Shown in pieces: positions 60,777-64,000 of a stretch of DNA of 64,000 bases. Location: NCBI GenBank assembly GCA_001800285.1, contig MGVC01000075.1, forward strand, positions 19,058 through 83,057, in the 5' to 3' direction. A program made the position numbers and the translations under genes. This DNA is from Elusimicrobia bacterium RIFOXYA2_FULL_39_19 (GTDB lineage Bacteria; Elusimicrobiota; Endomicrobiia; CG1-02-37-114; XYA2-FULL-39-19). The notes under the pieces are model-generated. The model did not search any database. It was not told the DNA's origin and was given only the letters and a program-made list of their open reading frames with translations. How positions within the stretch are numbered: position 1 is the first letter of the stretch; each line of letters starts with the position of its first letter.

Positions 60777-62201
60777 ATGAACTACACAAAAATTAATAAA
60801 GATATTCAATCAAAACTGGAAGCCATCTCCGGCACCATAAACGTAATAGCTGACAGGGCGCTTATGGAAAACTACACCAGAGATGAATATGCCCTGGATA
60901 TATTAAAAAGCTACCCTGGGCTGGTAGTAAAACCCCGCAATACGCAGGAAGTTTCTGAAATATTAAAACTGGCAAATGAACAAAAATTCCCGGTTTACCC
61001 CAGGGGCGGCGGCACAGGGCTGTGCGGCGCCTGCGTACCCATGCTGGGCGGTGTATTACTGCTGTTTGATAACATGAAAAAAGTAATAGAAGTAGATACC
61101 GATAACATAATGGCGGTAGTAGAATGCGGCATACCGCTAAGCGAATTTTATAAAGAAATAGAAAAACACGGCCTTTTCTTTCCGCCGCATCCCGGAGATG
61201 ACAGCGCAACCATAGGCGGGGTAATAGCCACCAATGCCGGCGGTACCCGTGCCGTAAAATTAGGCGTAGTGCGCAATTATGTTAAAGGGCTGGAAGTGGT
61301 GCTTCCTACCGGAGAAATAATAAATATCGGCGGCAAACTGATGAAAAACAGCACCGGTTATAGTTTATTAAACCTGTTAATTGGCGCAGAAGGTACTTTG
61401 GGTATTGTAACCAAAGCCACTATAAATTTATTGCCTCCGCCGCAGTGTATTATGACCCTGGTTGTCCCGTTTGAAAGTTTAAACGATGCTATTAAAACAG
61501 TACCGGAAATAATACGCGCCAAAATAACGCCTCTGGCAGTAGAATTTATAGAAAAAGACGTTCTTGTACTGGCAGAAAAATACTTAGACAGAAAATGGCC
61601 CGCCAGTCAGGGCCAGGCCTATCTGATGATAATAGTTGACGGGGACGATGAAGACAGTGTATTTAAAACCTGTGAAAAAATATCTGATGTATGCAAAAAA
61701 AATAACGCCATAGATGCCTTTATAGCTGATTCAAAAGAAAAACAAAAAGACATACTGTATATCCGCAGCCACCTGTATGAAGTAATCAAAAAATACATGA
61801 TAGAAGACCTGGACATAGTAGTCCCCCGGGCAAGAATAGCAGATTTGGTAGAAAGGGTGCATGAAATAGAAAAAAAATATAAAGTCTGGCTGCCTACCTA
61901 CGGCCATGCGGCAGACGGCAATGTGCACATACATTTATTAAGAGCTATTGTAAAAGACGGTGTTTGGATAGAAACAGACAAAAAAATATGGGAACCAAAC
62001 TATGGAAAAATAAATAACGAACTCCACGGCTATGCAAAAAGCATAGGCGGGCAGGTATCCGGAGAGCACGGTATAGGCATAAAAAAGAAAAAATACCTCA
62101 AATCCTTCCTTGAAGACAAGCATATCCAGCTTATGAAAGACATTAAAAAGGTTTTTGACCCCAACAACATTTTAAACCCCGGCAAAATATTTGATTTGTG
62201 A
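60777..62201 (+). CDS. FAD-linked oxidase (GlcD / D-lactate dehydrogenase family)
   Basis: FAD-binding PCMH-type N-terminal half (PRGGGTGLCGACVP, ATIGGVIATNAGG, GYSLLNLLIGAEGTLGIVT). The C-terminal half carries GHAADGNVHI and SGEHGIG.KK plus DP.NILNPGK. Confidence 0.85.
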   Translation: MNYTKINKDIQSKLEAISGTINVIADRALMENYTRDEYALDILKSYPGLVVKPRNTQEVSEILKLANEQKFPVYPRGGGTGLCGACVPMLGGVLLLFDNMKKVIEVDTDNIMAVVECGIPLSEFYKEIEKHGLFFPPHPGDDSATIGGVIATNAGGTRAVKLGVVRNYVKGLEVVLPTGEIINIGGKLMKNSTGYSLLNLLIGAEGTLGIVTKATINLLPPPQCIMTLVVPFESLNDAIKTVPEIIRAKITPLAVEFIEKDVLVLAEKYLDRKWPASQGQAYLMIIVDGDDEDSVFKTCEKISDVCKKNNAIDAFIADSKEKQKDILYIRSHLYEVIKKYMIEDLDIVVPRARIADLVERVHEIEKKYKVWLPTYGHAADGNVHIHLLRAIVKDGVWIETDKKIWEPNYGKINNELHGYAKSIGGQVSGEHGIGIKKKKYLKSFLEDKHIQLMKDIKKVFDPNNILNPGKIFDL

Positions 62202-62409
62202 GAACCCTCGGTAAAATTTAAATATCCCGCATACCTTTACCCAAAAAGGGCATAAAATACATATAATAACATCCAGAACTGATGATACTGCAAGAGAAGG
62301 TATCAGGAAGGAATTAAGCGAACCGGGGATAGTTTATAGTGCAAGCTTTTCTAAAAGGTTTGACGGATAAGTCATAAAAAGGTAAAATATTAGCGAGGAT
62401 AAAACAAAT

Positions 62410-62769
62410 ATGAAAATAAATAAAGTAAATAAAAATGACCATAAAATAATTTTTGGCACAGGCACGCATGAAGAAGTTGAATCTTTAAATATAGCTAAAG
62501 ATTTTGAAACTGCTCTTATTTTATTAGCTAAAATCAGAAATAAAAGAAAAAGATTTTTTGATATCAAAGATTCTGGGCAAGTAGACAGAGCTATCTACGG
62601 AACAAGAAAAATTAGTTAAGAAGCCTATTCCCATAAACAAATGGGAACTTTCAAAGGGACTCAAGTTTGTTTTATTTCAAAAAATGATTTAATTAAGTTG
62701 AAAGAATATTTTGGCAGAAAAACAGATATTAAAGATTTAAAAAGATTGAAAAAATCAAAGAAAAGTTAA
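62410..62769 (+). pseudogene. Small ORF interrupted by one in-frame TAA (possible decayed nucleotidyltransferase/TA-like remnant)
   Basis: The 69-aa ORF 62410-62619 and a hand-translated 42-aa ORF (ATG 62641; MGTFKGTQVCFISKNDLIKLKEYFGRKTDIKDLKRLKKSKKS) are in the same frame, separated only by TAA 62617-62619. The C-terminal '(V).F(I)S..DLI.(L/M)K...GR.(K/T)D..D(L/I)..L' resembles C-termini of nucleotidyltransferase-fold toxin/antitoxin-like proteins. No NTase catalytic motif was seen. Confidence 0.3.
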
Positions 62770-62880
62770 CCTCAGCTCTAACACACTTAAAACGCTCTTT
62801 ACCCTTCATCCTCTCCCCAAAAGAGTATAATCGTTAACATATAGAAACAAAATGATTGTAAACTCCCTACGAGGTAAAGC

Positions 62881-64000
62881 ATGCCAAAAGAAAAAACAAA
62901 AAAAGCAGAAAAACATGAATCGTTTGAAGCTATGCTCTGGCAGTCCGCGGATAAGCTTCGTAAAAACATTGATGCCGGGGAATACAAGCATATTTTGCTT
63001 GGCTTAATATTTTTGAAATACATATCCGATGCCTTTGAAGTCCTTCATAATAAATTAGTTGAAGGCAAAGGTGATTACAAAGGGTCTGACCCGGAAGACC
63101 CAAACGAATACACCGCAGAAAAAGTTTTCTTTGTCCCTTCCATTGCCCGCTGGAAAAACATCTCAAACAACGCTAAAAAAACCGAAATTATTCTTGAAAA
63201 AAATAAAAAAGTAGACATTGGCGGATATATTGATGAAGCTATGGAAGCCATTGAACGTCTGAACCCTTCTCTTAAGGGTGTTCTTCCAAAAGTTTATGCC
63301 CGGCAAAACCTTGACCGTGCCAGTTTGGGCGGGCTTATAGACCTTGTGGGTACCATTGCTCTTGGTTCGGAAGAAGCAAAAAGTAAAGATGTACTGGGCC
63401 AGGTATACGAATATTTTCTGGGCCAGTTTGCGCTTGCAGAGGGTAAAAAAGGCGGCCAGTTTTACACACCCAGAAGTGTTGTTAAACTTCTTGTTGAGAT
63501 GCTTGAACCTTATGAAGGCCGTGTGTTTGACCCTTGCTGCGGGTCCGGCGGTATGTTTGTGCAGAGCGAAAAGTTTATTGCTGCTCATCAGGACCATTAT
63601 AAAAAGAAAGGCAAAGCTGATAACATTAACCCTGTTGATCTGATCGCCATTTACGGGCAGGAATCAAACCAAACTACCTGGCGCCTTGCCAAGATGAATC
63701 TTTCAATTCGCGGTATAGATAGCTCAAATATTAAATGGAATGGCGAAGGCTCATTTCTCAATGATGCGCACAAAGACCTGAAAGCAGATTTTGTTATTGC
63801 TAATCCGCCTTTTAATGATTCAGACTGGTCAGGTGAGCTTTTAAAGGATGATGCCCGCTGGAAGTACGGAGTCCCGCCTGCTGGTAACGCAAACTATGCC
63901 TGGATTCAACACTTCATTTATCACCTATCGCCAAAAGGTATAGCTGGTTTTGTGCTTGCTAAGGGTTCTCTAACATCCAAAACAAACGGTGAAGGGGAAA
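62881..64000 (+). CDS. hsdM: Type I restriction-modification system DNA methyltransferase subunit (3'-truncated by window edge)
   Basis: Hand-translated; the ORF track omits it because it runs off the window. [53 protein letters not shown] (HsdM N-terminal domain). [40 protein letters not shown] (SAM motif I), [11 protein letters not shown] (N6-adenine motif IV NPPF). Confidence 0.92.
   Translation, partial: MPKEKTKKAEKHESFEAMLWQSADKLRKNIDAGEYKHILLGLIFLKYISDAFEVLHNKLVEGKGDYKGSDPEDPNEYTAEKVFFVPSIARWKNISNNAKKTEIILEKNKKVDIGGYIDEAMEAIERLNPSLKGVLPKVYARQNLDRASLGGLIDLVGTIALGSEEAKSKDVLGQVYEYFLGQFALAEGKKGGQFYTPRSVVKLLVEMLEPYEGRVFDPCCGSGGMFVQSEKFIAAHQDHYKKKGKADNINPVDLIAIYGQESNQTTWRLAKMNLSIRGIDSSNIKWNGEGSFLNDAHKDLKADFVIANPPFNDSDWSGELLKDDARWKYGVPPAGNANYAWIQHFIYHLSPKGIAGFVLAKGSLTSKTNGEGE

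Overview
All credible genes in this 64-kb window are on the + strand. No rRNA, tRNA, CRISPR array, transposase or integrase was recognised.

**Giant surface protein (nt 1-17756).** This is the 3' ~17.7 kb of a giant repetitive surface protein (>5,900 aa visible, 5'-truncated by the window). It contains two different tandem module families and an Ig-like middle region. It also has an acidic Ca-binding-like repeat, and it ends in FN3 plus a ~115-aa Ig-like C-terminal sorting-type domain (CTD).

**Leader (565 bp).** It carries a sigma70-like promoter, what I read as a class-I c-di-GMP (GEMM-I) riboswitch, and a terminator-like hairpin.

**Tightly packed ~32-kb cluster (18.3-50.3 kb), in order:**
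- A FadL/PorV-like outer-membrane (OM) barrel with a TPR tail.
- A protein that looks like a natural FliF(ring)-TM-FliG(M/C)-TPR fusion, in a locus with no other flagellar genes.
- Two very large coiled-coil proteins (1,597 and 1,091 aa).
- Two diverged copies of a four-gene module: an FN3-array surface protein with CTD, a PorV/FadL-like barrel with a C-terminal LysM, a coiled-coil His-less histidine-kinase-like protein, and a bitopic membrane protein with a periplasmic beta-propeller.
- A membrane-anchored coiled-coil protein.

**Downstream.** Next come a GGDEF diguanylate cyclase fused to a CBM48-like domain, and a GT-C (ArnT/PMT-like) glycosyltransferase. These are followed by a complete pyrR-pyrB-pyrC-pyrK-pyrD-pyrF-pyrE set, a LarA-like/FAD-oxidase pair, a decayed small gene, and the 5' part of a type I R-M methylase (hsdM).

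**Main hypothesis (inference).** nt 1-51.5 kb may encode an undescribed, c-di-GMP-linked, envelope-spanning surface-display or gliding-type apparatus. Three giant CTD-bearing cargoes are each paired with their own PorV-like barrel, and a FliF/FliG-like ring protein and long coiled-coil/TPR scaffolds accompany them. No energising stator or ATPase is visible in the window.

All assignments come from reading motifs by eye. No database searches were run.
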